A DNA stretch of 49,512 nucleotides, taken from an uncultured Melioribacteraceae bacterium (lineage in GTDB: Bacteria; Bacteroidota; Ignavibacteria; Ignavibacteriales; Melioribacteraceae). Position 1 is the stretch's first letter. Each line of letters opens with the position of its first letter. Shown here piece after piece: positions 17,638-28,668 of this stretch. The translations under genes and the position numbers were made by a program. The notes beneath the pieces are model-generated. The model ran no database searches, was not told the origin of the DNA, and worked only from the letters and a program-made list of their open reading frames with translations. The stretch spans positions 1,770-51,281 of the forward strand of contig CAYNUJ010000001.1 of the NCBI GenBank assembly GCA_964400095.1, given 5' to 3'.

Positions 17638-19495
17638 GAATAAAATTGCAATATTACCCGATTTCATATCAAATAAAATAGCGGCGGGAGAAGTCGTTCA
17701 AAGACCCGAATCCGTGGTGAAAGAATTGGTCGAAAATTCTATCGACGCCGGCGCTGAAAATATTGAATTATTCATTAAAAGAGCCGGAAAAATTTTAATT
17801 CAAGTTGTTGACGACGGCGAGGGAATGAGCGAAAAGGACGCGCTTCTTTCGGTTGAAAGACATGCGACGAGCAAAATTAAAAGTATTGAAGATTTAAACG
17901 GAATCCATTCCTTCGGTTTTAGAGGCGAAGCTCTCAGCTCAATTGCCTCGGTTTCGGTGTTCGAAATTCAAACCGAACGTATGGAAGATGAAATAGGAAC
18001 TGTTATTCGTATCGGAGAAGACGGAAATTTAATTATAAATAAAGGTTCTTTCCCAAAGGGAACTTCGGTGGCGGTGAAGAATTTATTTTTCAATACTCCA
18101 GCGCGCCGGAATTTTCTTAAAACCAACGCAACCGAGTTAAAACATATCACTCAAACCTTCAAAAAAATTGCGCTTAGTCATCCGCAGATTCATTTCAAAC
18201 TGATTAACGACGAAGATACGCTTTTCGATTTCCCCAAGCAGTCGATAGACGAAAGAATGCAGGCTATTTTTGCCGATAATATTCTTGACGCGGTAATTAA
18301 AGTTGACGAGGACGCGGATTTTATTGCGCTTAAAGGTTATGTTGGCAAGCCCTCTTTTTTGCGGAAAAACAGGGGAGATCAGTATTTATTCATCAACGAG
18401 AGGTATGTCTCCAGCAAAATTATTAATCATGCCGTCTTTTCGGCTTTTGAAAATATTCTTGAAAGAGGCGATTATCCTTTCTTCGTTTTGTTCTTAAAAA
18501 TTGATCCGACAAGAATTGATATTAACGTGCATCCGTCCAAATTGGAAGTAAAATTCGACGACGATAAAACAGTTTACTCTTTTGTTAACGCCGTTATTAA
18601 AAAGACAATCGGAAGTTACGATTTGGTGCCCTCTATGCTGATCGAATCGAGAGGGAATGATGAAAAACTCGGCTTTAACCGGCTCAATAAAACTGAAAAA
18701 CATGATTTCACCGACAGACCTAATTTTAGCAACAGAAACACCGAACGGGACGGGGGAAAACCTTTCGGCGAGAGGGAAATTGATATGCTTTTCAGCAATA
18801 TTAATAAAGAACTGAAGGAAATCGGCTCAACCGGATTGGATATTGAACATCCGTTTCAGGAACCGACTTCGAGGGAAATTTATCATAAACAGCCGGAAGA
18901 AGACGATGACAGATCGGCGGCGAGTCAGTCGAGTTTCATCGTTCTGCTGCACAATAAATATATTCTTTCCCAAATTAAAAGCGGACTGATGATAATAGAT
19001 ATGCATGTGGCTCACGAAAGAATATTGTATGAGAAAGCGCTTAAATCGCTTTCGGCGGATATACCTTTTTCGCAGCAGTTATTATTTGCGCAAAAATTGA
19101 AATTAGACGGCTCGGATATCGAGTTGATAAAAGAATTAAATCCGCATCTGACAAAACTCGGTTTTGATATCAGATTTAAAGCGAAAAATATTATTGAAAT
19201 TGCCGGCGTTCCGGCGGATGTAAAAGTGGGAACTGAAATTGATAATTTTCACGAAATTCTGGACGAATATAAAAAGAATGAAAGAGAAAAAAATCTGGAT
19301 ATCACTCATAACGTGGCGGCTTCGTTTTCCTGCAGAACGGCGATAAAAAGCGGCGAAAGGTTAACCGAACCGGAAATGAGACTACTTGTGGATCAGCTTT
19401 TTGCGACTTCAATGCCGTATGTATGCCCGCACGGAAGACCGATTGTAATTAAAATTCCTTTGACGGAGTTCGACCGAAGATTTGGAAGAACATGA
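17630..19495 (+). CDS. mutL: DNA mismatch repair protein MutL (endonuclease-type)
   Basis: N-terminal GHKL region SNKIAAGEVVQRPESVVKELVENSIDAG. C-terminal DMHVAHERILYE (the D[QM]HAx2Ex4E motif) and CPHGRP. An 8-nt overlap joins it to folA. Confidence 0.93.
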   Translation: MIENKIAILPDFISNKIAAGEVVQRPESVVKELVENSIDAGAENIELFIKRAGKILIQVVDDGEGMSEKDALLSVERHATSKIKSIEDLNGIHSFGFRGEALSSIASVSVFEIQTERMEDEIGTVIRIGEDGNLIINKGSFPKGTSVAVKNLFFNTPARRNFLKTNATELKHITQTFKKIALSHPQIHFKLINDEDTLFDFPKQSIDERMQAIFADNILDAVIKVDEDADFIALKGYVGKPSFLRKNRGDQYLFINERYVSSKIINHAVFSAFENILERGDYPFFVLFLKIDPTRIDINVHPSKLEVKFDDDKTVYSFVNAVIKKTIGSYDLVPSMLIESRGNDEKLGFNRLNKTEKHDFTDRPNFSNRNTERDGGKPFGEREIDMLFSNINKELKEIGSTGLDIEHPFQEPTSREIYHKQPEEDDDRSAASQSSFIVLLHNKYILSQIKSGLMIIDMHVAHERILYEKALKSLSADIPFSQQLLFAQKLKLDGSDIELIKELNPHLTKLGFDIRFKAKNIIEIAGVPADVKVGTEIDNFHEILDEYKKNEREKNLDITHNVAASFSCRTAIKSGERLTEPEMRLLVDQLFATSMPYVCPHGRPIVIKIPLTEFDRRFGRT

Positions 19496-19540
19496 TTAAT
19501 TTGATAATTTATGTCTTAAGGAAAATATAACGAGGAAATA

Positions 19541-21196
19541 ATGAGCAGTAATGAATTTAAAAACGCGAAAGAAAAATATTTAGAGAAAGTTAAGAATTCC
19601 CGGACAACGGGAATGAAATTTACTTCGGTTTCGGGAATGGACGTTAATGTAGCTTATTCTCCCGACGATATTGAAGGAACGGATTATCTCAGAGATTTGA
19701 ATTTTCCCGGAGAATATCCATTTACGCGCGGGATACACGCCAACGGTTACAGAGGTAAATTATGGACGATGCGCCAGTTCGCCGGATTCGGAACGCCAGA
19801 AGATACAAACCGAAGATTTAAATATCTTCTTAATAACGGTCAGACCGGTTTATCGGTCGCTTTTGATTTACCGACGCTCATGGGAAGGGATTCGGACGAT
19901 GAAATGAGCGCTGGAGAAGTTGGAATTTGCGGTGTGGCTATTTCTTCTCTTGAGGATATGGAGAAACTTTTCGACGGAATTCCTCTCGATAAAGTCTCTA
20001 CTTCGATGACTATTAACTCCCCGGCTGCGATGGTTTTCGCTTTTTACCTCGCTGTGGCAAGAAAACAGGGCGTTCCTTTCGCAAAATTACGCGGAACGCT
20101 TCAGAATGATATTCTTAAAGAATATATCGCACAGAAAGAATATATTTATCCGCCTATACCTTCGATGAGAATTATTACCGATATGATTGAATACTGCGCC
20201 GACGAAGTTCCTCAATTTAATCCCGTCTCCGTTTCCGGTTATCATATTCGGGAAGCCGGATCCACCGCTGTGCAGGAACTCGCTTATACTTTAGCCGACG
20301 GATTTGCTTACATCGAAAGCTGCATGGAGAGGGGAATGGAAATCGATTCTTTTGCTCCGAGAATAAGTTTCTTTTTTAATTCTCACTTAGATTTTTTCGA
20401 GGAGATAGCTAAATTCCGCGCCGCGAGAAGAATTTACGCCAAGAGAATGAAGGAAAAATACGGAGCTGAAAGTCCGAGGTCTTGGTGGCTGAGATTTCAC
20501 ACTCAAACCGCGGGATGCACTCTTACCGCTCAGCAGCCGGAAAATAATATTATCAGAACCGCTCTTCAGGCGTTAGCCGGAGTTTTGGGCGGAACTCAAT
20601 CTCTGCACACAAATTCAATGGACGAAACGCTCGCGCTGCCGAGTGAAAAAGCGGTTAAAATCGCTTTGAGAACTCAGCAGGTAATTGCTTTTGAAACCGG
20701 AGTGATCAATACGGTCGATCCTCTCGGCGGCAGTTATTATGTTGAGTCGCTGACAAATAAAATGGAAGATGAGGCGAATAAAATTTTCGATGAAATCGAC
20801 GCTATGGGCGGAGTTATTCCCGCCATTGAAGCAGGATATTTTCAGAAAGAAATTGCCGATTCGGCTTACCGCTACCAGAAAGAACTAGAAAATAAAGAAA
20901 AATTCGTTGTAGGAGTGAATGAATTTGTTGAGGAAAACGAAGACATTGATATTCCTATACTTCAGGTTTCTCCGGAAGTTGAAATTAAGCAAAGAGAAAG
21001 TTTAGCTAAGCTGAAATCCGAAAGGGATAACGAAGTTGCAAGCGAAGCGATTGCGAAAATCCGCCACGCTGCCGTTAATAATGAAAATCTTATGCCCGCG
21101 CTTATTGACGCCGCGGAAAAATATGTTTCTCTCGGCGAAATGGTTGATGTGCTCGCCGAAGAATTCGGTATTTATGAAGAAAACGTTGTATTCTAA
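19541..21196 (+). CDS. Methylmalonyl-CoA mutase family, catalytic (N-terminal) subunit only
   Basis: 551 aa. Shows [29 protein letters not shown] and [11 protein letters not shown]. No C-terminal B12-binding domain. Confidence 0.9.
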   Translation: MSSNEFKNAKEKYLEKVKNSRTTGMKFTSVSGMDVNVAYSPDDIEGTDYLRDLNFPGEYPFTRGIHANGYRGKLWTMRQFAGFGTPEDTNRRFKYLLNNGQTGLSVAFDLPTLMGRDSDDEMSAGEVGICGVAISSLEDMEKLFDGIPLDKVSTSMTINSPAAMVFAFYLAVARKQGVPFAKLRGTLQNDILKEYIAQKEYIYPPIPSMRIITDMIEYCADEVPQFNPVSVSGYHIREAGSTAVQELAYTLADGFAYIESCMERGMEIDSFAPRISFFFNSHLDFFEEIAKFRAARRIYAKRMKEKYGAESPRSWWLRFHTQTAGCTLTAQQPENNIIRTALQALAGVLGGTQSLHTNSMDETLALPSEKAVKIALRTQQVIAFETGVINTVDPLGGSYYVESLTNKMEDEANKIFDEIDAMGGVIPAIEAGYFQKEIADSAYRYQKELENKEKFVVGVNEFVEENEDIDIPILQVSPEVEIKQRESLAKLKSERDNEVASEAIAKIRHAAVNNENLMPALIDAAEKYVSLGEMVDVLAEEFGIYEENVVF

Positions 21197-22063
21197 ATGA
21201 TAAAAAATTATATATCGCTTATTAGGATCCCGCATTGGGTGAAGAACACGATAATATTTGTTCCTTTAATTTTCTCGAAACATCTGTTTATGCACGCTCA
21301 ATTGTTCGATGCGGGGATTGCTTTTGCGGCGTTTTCCGCTTTAGCGAGCGCTATTTATATCTTTAACGATATAATAGACGTTGAAAGCGATAAACAGCAT
21401 CCGCTGAAACAATACCGACCGATTGCTTCCGGAAAAATTGAAAAGAAAAACGCTTTTTCCCTTTCAGCGGTTCTTCTTATTATTGCGGTGGGTTTGAGTT
21501 TATTAATTGATGAAAGATTGATTATTATTCTCGCGGCTTATCTGCTTTTGAATATTCTTTACAGTTTATTTTTCAAAAAGATTGTTATTTTGGATTTGCT
21601 TTCCATAGCGGCGGGCTTTTTGCTGCGCGTATTCGCCGGAGCGGTGGCGATAAATGTGGATATTTCCAAGTGGCTCATTTTAACCACTCTTTTCATCTCC
21701 CTCTTTTTAGCCGTAATGAAAAGGCGGTCGGAATTGGTTAATGTTGAATCGAGTCTTTCGACCCGCAAAGTGCTCGAAGATTACAGCATTGAATTCATCA
21801 ATCAAATAATCAGCATTACGGCGGCGGCGGTAATCATAAGTTACGCTCTTTACACCGTTTCGTCTTCAACGGTAGCTCAATTCCGAACGGAACGCCTGAT
21901 TTATACTACGTTTTTTGTCGTTTTCGGGATATTTCGTTACATTCACTTGGTTTACAAGAAAGCAATGGGCGAAAATGCGGTTGAAGTTTTATTAAAAGAT
22001 AAAGCGATGATTATTAATATTTTACTCTACGTTGCCGCGGTTATTTTTATTATTTATTCATGA
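21197..22063 (+). CDS. UbiA-family prenyltransferase, decaprenyl-phosphate phosphoribosyltransferase-like
   Basis: LIRIPHWVKNTIIFVPLIFS N-terminus, NDIIDVESDKQHP Asp-rich motif, and 8-9 TM segments. Confidence 0.75.
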   Translation: MIKNYISLIRIPHWVKNTIIFVPLIFSKHLFMHAQLFDAGIAFAAFSALASAIYIFNDIIDVESDKQHPLKQYRPIASGKIEKKNAFSLSAVLLIIAVGLSLLIDERLIIILAAYLLLNILYSLFFKKIVILDLLSIAAGFLLRVFAGAVAINVDISKWLILTTLFISLFLAVMKRRSELVNVESSLSTRKVLEDYSIEFINQIISITAAAVIISYALYTVSSSTVAQFRTERLIYTTFFVVFGIFRYIHLVYKKAMGENAVEVLLKDKAMIINILLYVAAVIFIIYS

Positions 22064-22551
22064 AAAAGAGTTATTCTAAAATATTGCTGTTAGGCGCGTT
22101 TGTATCCTTTTTAGTTTCATGCTCGTCGTTTGAAACGGGACGCGAATATGAGGGAAATAAAAACAGGGATTCTTTGTTCGTCCAGGATGTAAACGCCGAA
22201 ACAATAAAAACCAACGCTTGGGTTAATTTAATGCCTAACGCCGGTTCAAAATTCTTTATTTCCGGCGAGATAAACCTTCTACCGTCGGTAAACTATGATT
22301 TTTCCGCTCTCAAACTCAAAGTAATTTCCATAACTCAAAAAGGGAAAAAACTGTTCGAGATTTTACCGACTGTACAGACAGAGGAAAGTAAACCGGGAAG
22401 CAGAAAATTGATCTATTCGGTAATAAAAGGGATATCTCCGCCGCCGGATTTTTCTCCAAATGGAAAAATTAACGCGGAATTATTATTTTCATTCGGGAAA
22501 GACGAACTTAAATACAGAATAAGCGATATTGAAGTTGAAAAGGTTTACTGA
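22060..22551 (+). CDS. Lipoprotein of unknown function
   Basis: Lipobox LLGAFVSFLVSCSS. A 4-nt overlap with the upstream gene. Confidence 0.6.
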   Translation: MKKSYSKILLLGAFVSFLVSCSSFETGREYEGNKNRDSLFVQDVNAETIKTNAWVNLMPNAGSKFFISGEINLLPSVNYDFSALKLKVISITQKGKKLFEILPTVQTEESKPGSRKLIYSVIKGISPPPDFSPNGKINAELLFSFGKDELKYRISDIEVEKVY

Positions 22552-23780
22552 TGGACATCACTTTTGATTTGATAATATTGTTTCTATTAGCGCTTTTAAG
22601 CGCGTTTTTTTCTTCGTCGGAATTAGCCTTTGTTTACACTAATAAAATAAAAATTGAAATATGGGCGCGGAAGGATAATTATGCCGCTAAAAATGTAAAT
22701 TATTTCGTTAATAATCCGAATAACTTCTTCGCTACTATTCTTATTGCAAACAACGTTGTTAATATAGCTTTTGCATCATTGGCAACGGTATTTTTGATGA
22801 AATTGTACGCGTTCAGCGATATTTCAATTCTCCTTATTTCATCATCTTTGCTGCTTATTTTCGGTGAATTAATTCCCAAATATATGGCTATGGAATATTC
22901 CGAACGGTTGATTCTTCTTTCCATTCTTCCAATTAGAGTTCTCTATTTTATTATTTATCCGCTAGTTAAAATTACTGGCGGATTTTCATCGTGGATTACG
23001 AAATCGGAAAATATACGGGAAGATAATTATTTAAGTTTGATCGCTAAGGAGGATATACAAGAATTGATAAACGAAGGTTCGGAAGCCGGAACCGTAAGCG
23101 AAGACGAAACGGATATTATCAACAAAATTATAGATCTTGGCGACCAGAAAGTGCACGAAGTTATGACGCCGAGAACGGATATTGTTGGCATAGAAGCCGA
23201 ATCGTCGATTGACGAGGCGCTTCATGTGTTTATTGAATCGGGATATTCCAAACTCCCCGTGTACGAAGGGAGTTCGGATAATATTAAAGGATTGATTTTC
23301 GCTTACGATATGTTCAAAAAACCTGAAAAATTAAATTCCGTTCTGCGGGAGACTATCTTTGTTCCGGAAACAAAAAAGAGTTTGGATATGCTGAACGAGT
23401 TCCTTGAAAAAAGAATTTCTCTCGCTATTGTTGTAGATGAGTTCGGCGGTACCGCCGGATTAGTTACGCTGGAAGATGTAATTGAAGAGATGTTCGGCGA
23501 GATTAGGGACGAATACGATTCCGAGGAAGTGATTTGCAGAAAAGTTGACGAAGATACATTCGTTATCAGCGGCAAATATGAAATTGACAGATTGAACGAG
23601 GAATTTTTGTTAAATATTCCCGAAGGGGATTATGAAACCATTGCCGGGTTCATAACATCTAAAATCGGCAAGATCCCGAAAAAAGGCGAGACTATTGTAG
23701 TAGAAAAGTATAAGATTACTATTATCCATTCCGATAATACCAAAATAAATACTGTGAAATTACTGATCGCTTCAGAGTAA
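22551..23780 (+). CDS. CNNM/HlyC/CorC family transporter (DUF21 + CBS pair + CorC_HlyC)
   Basis: N-terminal 4-TM DUF21, then VHEVMTPRTDIV and CBS-type repeats, then a C-terminal transporter-associated domain. Confidence 0.85.
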   Translation: MDITFDLIILFLLALLSAFFSSSELAFVYTNKIKIEIWARKDNYAAKNVNYFVNNPNNFFATILIANNVVNIAFASLATVFLMKLYAFSDISILLISSSLLLIFGELIPKYMAMEYSERLILLSILPIRVLYFIIYPLVKITGGFSSWITKSENIREDNYLSLIAKEDIQELINEGSEAGTVSEDETDIINKIIDLGDQKVHEVMTPRTDIVGIEAESSIDEALHVFIESGYSKLPVYEGSSDNIKGLIFAYDMFKKPEKLNSVLRETIFVPETKKSLDMLNEFLEKRISLAIVVDEFGGTAGLVTLEDVIEEMFGEIRDEYDSEEVICRKVDEDTFVISGKYEIDRLNEEFLLNIPEGDYETIAGFITSKIGKIPKKGETIVVEKYKITIIHSDNTKINTVKLLIASE

Positions 23781-23825
23781 GTCCGGCATTAAAATAATTA
23801 ATAAATAAAATGATAGGAAATATAT

Positions 23826-25344
<1,519 letters not shown>

Positions 25345-25671
25345 GTGGAGTTAATATTTGCTATGGCGCCTCAAGGAGGAGGAGAAGGCGGCGGAAGTAT
25401 GGTAAGCACTCTGATCATGTTCGCTGCGATTTTCGCAATTTTTTATTTTATGATTATCCGTCCTCAGCAGAAAAGGCAAAAAGAAAAAGAAAAAATGCTT
25501 GGACAAATGAAAAAAGGGGATAAAATACTTACCGGCGGAGGTATTCACGGAACAATTGCCGGAATGGACGACAAAACTGTCCTGGTGGAAGTGGCTAACA
25601 ACGTTAAAATTAAATTTGAACGTTCCGCTGTTACGGCTGTAAATCCGAAGGACCAGCCTGAAAAAAAATAA
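25345..25671 (+). CDS. yajC: Preprotein translocase subunit YajC
   Basis: FYFMIIRPQQKRQKE...KGD.I.T.GGI.G.I. The tgt-yajC synteny matches many bacteria. GTG start after AAGGAGG. Confidence 0.88.
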   Translation: MELIFAMAPQGGGEGGGSMVSTLIMFAAIFAIFYFMIIRPQQKRQKEKEKMLGQMKKGDKILTGGGIHGTIAGMDDKTVLVEVANNVKIKFERSAVTAVNPKDQPEKK

Positions 25672-25692
25672 AAATTTTTTCGTAAAATATTT

Positions 25693-25729
25693 AGCGAAAG
25701 GGGAATTATCTTCTCTTTCGCTTTTTTTA
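25693..25729 (+). terminator. Rho-independent terminator after yajC
   Basis: AGCGAAAG (25693..25700) pairs with CTTTCGCT (25715..25722) and is followed by ttttttat. Confidence 0.7.
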
Positions 25730-25754
25730 TTTATTGCAGAAATGGGGATTAATA

Positions 25755-26645
25755 TTGAAAACTTTAGGAGTCAGAAATAATTTTCTTAGCATTGATAAGG
25801 AGTTTTCGTCTTATAGCTCGTCTAAAATAACGATACTTCCCGCGCCGCTCGAAAAAACCGTAAGTTACGGTCATGGAACAATAAACGGACCTAAAGAAAT
25901 TCTAAAAGCCTCGCATTTTGTTGAGTATTACGACGAAGAATTAAACAGGGAGATTTGTTTTGAGCAGGGAATAGCCACGCTCCCGTTTATGGATTTCGAA
26001 AAATTATCAATTAAGAAGTCACTCGATAAAATTGAAAAAACCGTCGTTAAACTAATTGAAGATAAAAAATTTGTCGTTGCCTTAGGCGGGGAACATTCTT
26101 TATCATCCGCCGTTATTAAAGCGCACTTCAATAAATACAAAAAAATGACCGTTCTCCAATTCGACGCGCATTCCGATTTGCGCGACAGCTACGAAGGTTC
26201 TAAGTATTCCCACGCTTCGGTAATGGCGCGGGTTGCGGAATTTAATAAGGATATTGTACAGGTTGGAATAAGAGCGCAATGCAAAGAGGAAGCGGAGTTT
26301 ATACGCAATAATAATATTACAACATTTTACATGCGGGATATTTGCGTTGGAAAACACGGACCCAAATGGCAGAACAAGATATTGAATTCTCTCGATGAAA
26401 ATGTTTACATTACTTTCGACGTTGACGGACTTGATCCGTCCTTCCTGCCCGCGACCGGCACTCCCGAACCGGGGGGATTATTCTGGGACGAAACGATGAA
26501 TCTGCTCCGGATTATCGGCGAGAGAAAAAATATTGTTGGATTCGACGTTGTGGAATTGGCTCCTTCAAATAGCCATCCGTCAAGTAATTTCGTTGCTGCT
26601 AAATTGGTTTATAAGCTGATAAATTACGCGTTTATGAAGAAATAA
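25755..26645 (+). CDS. speB: Agmatinase (arginase/ureohydrolase family)
   Basis: GGEHS, FDAHSDLR, ITFDVDGLDP, and TPEPGG metal-site motifs. The track ORF starts at 25734, which is 5 nt after the terminator. TTG at 25755, preceded by GGGGA, looks more plausible. Confidence 0.85.
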   Translation: MKTLGVRNNFLSIDKEFSSYSSSKITILPAPLEKTVSYGHGTINGPKEILKASHFVEYYDEELNREICFEQGIATLPFMDFEKLSIKKSLDKIEKTVVKLIEDKKFVVALGGEHSLSSAVIKAHFNKYKKMTVLQFDAHSDLRDSYEGSKYSHASVMARVAEFNKDIVQVGIRAQCKEEAEFIRNNNITTFYMRDICVGKHGPKWQNKILNSLDENVYITFDVDGLDPSFLPATGTPEPGGLFWDETMNLLRIIGERKNIVGFDVVELAPSNSHPSSNFVAAKLVYKLINYAFMKK

Positions 26646-26768
26646 AGAATCTGTAACGCTGTTCCCATATTTTGAAATGATAGGAACGCTGATTTTCATG
26701 ATTGATTAAGATTATTTATGATTAAAAATTTATCTTAACAAATCATAATTATCAATAGAAGATAGAAG

Positions 26769-26845
26769 GGTATAAAGGTATAGGGGTATAGGGGTATTGT
26801 CTTGTCTGTCTTGTCCTGAACAGGTTGGAAAAAACATGGATTTAG
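26769..26845 (+). repeat. Dispersed repeat module 1: four tandem GGTATANN octamers plus a conserved flank (copy A)
   Basis: GGTATAAA GGTATAGG GGTATAGG GGTATTGT spans 26769..26800. It is followed by TCTTG..GTCCTGAACAGGTTGGAAAAAA..GGATTTAG. By eye it is about 75-80 percent identical to the reverse complement of 38897..38982, and it is related to 49325..49386. Confidence 0.8.
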
Positions 26846-26892
26846 TTTATAATACTATACTATAGAATGCAGATGAAAATATTCTCTTTAGT

Positions 26893-26920
26893 GTCATTCT
26901 GAGCGGAGCGAAGAATCTGC
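26893..26920 (+). repeat. Dispersed repeat module 2: GTCATTCTGAGC...GAAGAATCT palindromic unit (copy A, no inserted hairpin)
   Basis: gtcattctgagcggagcgaagaatctgc. The same termini recur at 33058..33102 and 49441..49479. Confidence 0.8.
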
Positions 26921-26942
26921 TTTGCCATTCTTGTACTATAAA

Positions 26943-27773
26943 TTATATGGTTGTAAAATAATTTCGCGGAAAATTATTAATTAGTTCGTCAGGAATGAAA
27001 TCTTTATCGAAAAATCCGTAAACCGTGGAACCCGTTCCGCTCATAGACGCGAATAAGGCGCCGGCGTTATACAAGTTATCTTTTACGGTTTTGATTTCAG
27101 GATATTTGCTGAAAACGTATTTTTCAAAATCGTTTTTTGCGTATCGTTTAAGCAGAGTAAAAATATTCCCCTCAAAAATCGGAATATTCTCCAGCCGTAT
27201 TTTAGGTCGAATCGGAATAACATTCGCGAAAACTTCTTTGGTGGAGATATGAATATTCGGATTGACGATTATCAATTTGCAGCCGTTGATTGGCAGATTG
27301 ATTTCTTTTAAAATCTCGCCGCGGGAATATCCGAGCGACGGTTTGTTAAGCAGGAAAAAAGGGACGTCGCTTCCGAGAATCAACGATAAATTCACCAATT
27401 TGTTTTGTGTAATTTTGAGGTCGAATAATTCATTCAGCGCCGCTAATGTAAACGCGGCGTCGGAGCTTCCTCCGCCCATTCCCCCTCCGGGAGGAATATT
27501 TTTCCGCAGTGTTATATCAACATTAAACCTTCCGCCGGTATGCTTTTCAAGCAGTCTGACGGCTTTGTAAATTAAATTTTCCTCAGTGTCTATATTCAAG
27601 GAGGGAACACACTCAATCGAAAGTGATTTGCTTTTCCGGAATTCAATTATATCGTACAGCGAATAAACCGGATAAAATATTGTCTCCAAATCGTGAAATC
27701 CGTCGGCGCGTTTTCCAACAACATTCAAACCGATATTTATCTTCGCGTTCGCTTTAACTTTTAACGAGTTCAT
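26943..27773 (-). CDS. ispE: 4-diphosphocytidyl-2-C-methyl-D-erythritol kinase
   Basis: KINIGLNVVGKRADGFHDLETIF and the GHMP loop PPGGGMGGGSSDAA. Confidence 0.92.
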   Translation of the reverse strand: MNSLKVKANAKINIGLNVVGKRADGFHDLETIFYPVYSLYDIIEFRKSKSLSIECVPSLNIDTEENLIYKAVRLLEKHTGGRFNVDITLRKNIPPGGGMGGGSSDAAFTLAALNELFDLKITQNKLVNLSLILGSDVPFFLLNKPSLGYSRGEILKEINLPINGCKLIIVNPNIHISTKEVFANVIPIRPKIRLENIPIFEGNIFTLLKRYAKNDFEKYVFSKYPEIKTVKDNLYNAGALFASMSGTGSTVYGFFDKDFIPDELINNFPRNYFTTI

Positions 27774-28668
27774 CCAAATATTTCCTGATTACCTTTGTGT
27801 GCGCCGGAGAAGAACCGCAGCAGCTTCCGATCATTTTGAGATTATCGTTCATAAAATTTTTTGTAATTTCAAGGTACGCTGACGGGGAAAGACATTCCTC
27901 AATTTTATCGTCGCTAATTTTTCCGAGTCCGCAGTTCAAATAGAATCCCCACTCAAAATCGAAATTAATTATTTCGAACAATTTCATAAAAGATTCCGGC
28001 TTAACGCAGTTGAAGCATATTAAATCGGGGGAATATGAACGAACGATCTGTGCGGCTTCCTGAACAGATTCTCCGCTTAATAAACGCAGATTTTCATCGA
28101 AGAAAAGACTGACGACAAACGGGAAATCTCCGGCGGAGCAAATTTTGCAGATAATTTCAATTTCTTCCAAATGACTTTGCGTTTCGTTTAGAATTACATC
28201 TACTCCCGCTTCAATAAGATTATCAATATGCCCGCAGTGATTATCGTAAATTTTATCCTTCGCGAGAGTAACTTCCCTCTGGTAGCAGTCCTCAGCGGGA
28301 GCGTTTGCACCCGCTATTAAAACGTCGTATCCCCCGGCGGCTTCTTTAGCCAAACGAACGGCTTCGTCAACTAATTGCTTTGAGGTGAATTCAAAGTTGG
28401 ATTTAGCAGCCGCCTCGGGATTAGTCCGAAATGTGTTTGTTGTAATAATATCCGCTCCGGCAGCGGCGTATTCTTTATGGATATTGGCTGTTAATTGAGG
28501 CGCTGTTATTACCGCCGAGGAAGTCCAAAGATGCTCGTCGGGCAAAAAACCTCTCTGATGCAGCAGACTCCCTATTCCTCCGTCCAAAAGGAGCGGAGAA
28601 GAATTAAATATTTTTTTTGATTTCGTCAAAGTAGCGCAAGGTTTCTTTTTCAATTCTTTCGAGGTCAA
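27754..28668 (-). CDS. Homocysteine S-methyltransferase family protein
   Basis: LLLDGGIGSLL, the NC motif (ICFNCV) and the C-terminal Zn ligands GSCCGSSP. The start is uncertain: in-frame TTGs at 28629 and 28590 would shorten or remove the overlap with the upstream GT9 gene. Confidence 0.85.
   Translation of the reverse strand: MTSKELKKKPCATLTKSKKIFNSSPLLLDGGIGSLLHQRGFLPDEHLWTSSAVITAPQLTANIHKEYAAAGADIITTNTFRTNPEAAAKSNFEFTSKQLVDEAVRLAKEAAGGYDVLIAGANAPAEDCYQREVTLAKDKIYDNHCGHIDNLIEAGVDVILNETQSHLEEIEIICKICSAGDFPFVVSLFFDENLRLLSGESVQEAAQIVRSYSPDLICFNCVKPESFMKLFEIINFDFEWGFYLNCGLGKISDDKIEECLSPSAYLEITKNFMNDNLKMIGSCCGSSPAHTKVIRKYLDELVKS

Noticed and set aside
19496-19540. A possible cobalamin riboswitch upstream of the B12-dependent mutase gene.
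   Set aside because: The gap is only 45 nt, far too short for the element, and I see no B12-box-like sequence.
26769-26800. The tandem GGTATANN octamers, considered as a possible CRISPR array or minisatellite.
   Set aside because: The period is only 8 nt, there are no spacers, and no cas genes are present. It is part of a dispersed composite repeat, not a CRISPR array.
28604-28668. A 65-nt overlap between the GT9 gene and the homocysteine methyltransferase gene, considered as a possible frameshift or fusion.
   Set aside because: The methyltransferase ORF begins at a TTG, and two further in-frame TTGs (28629, 28590) lie ahead of the conserved LLLDGG start of the domain. A start-site over-extension is the simpler explanation.
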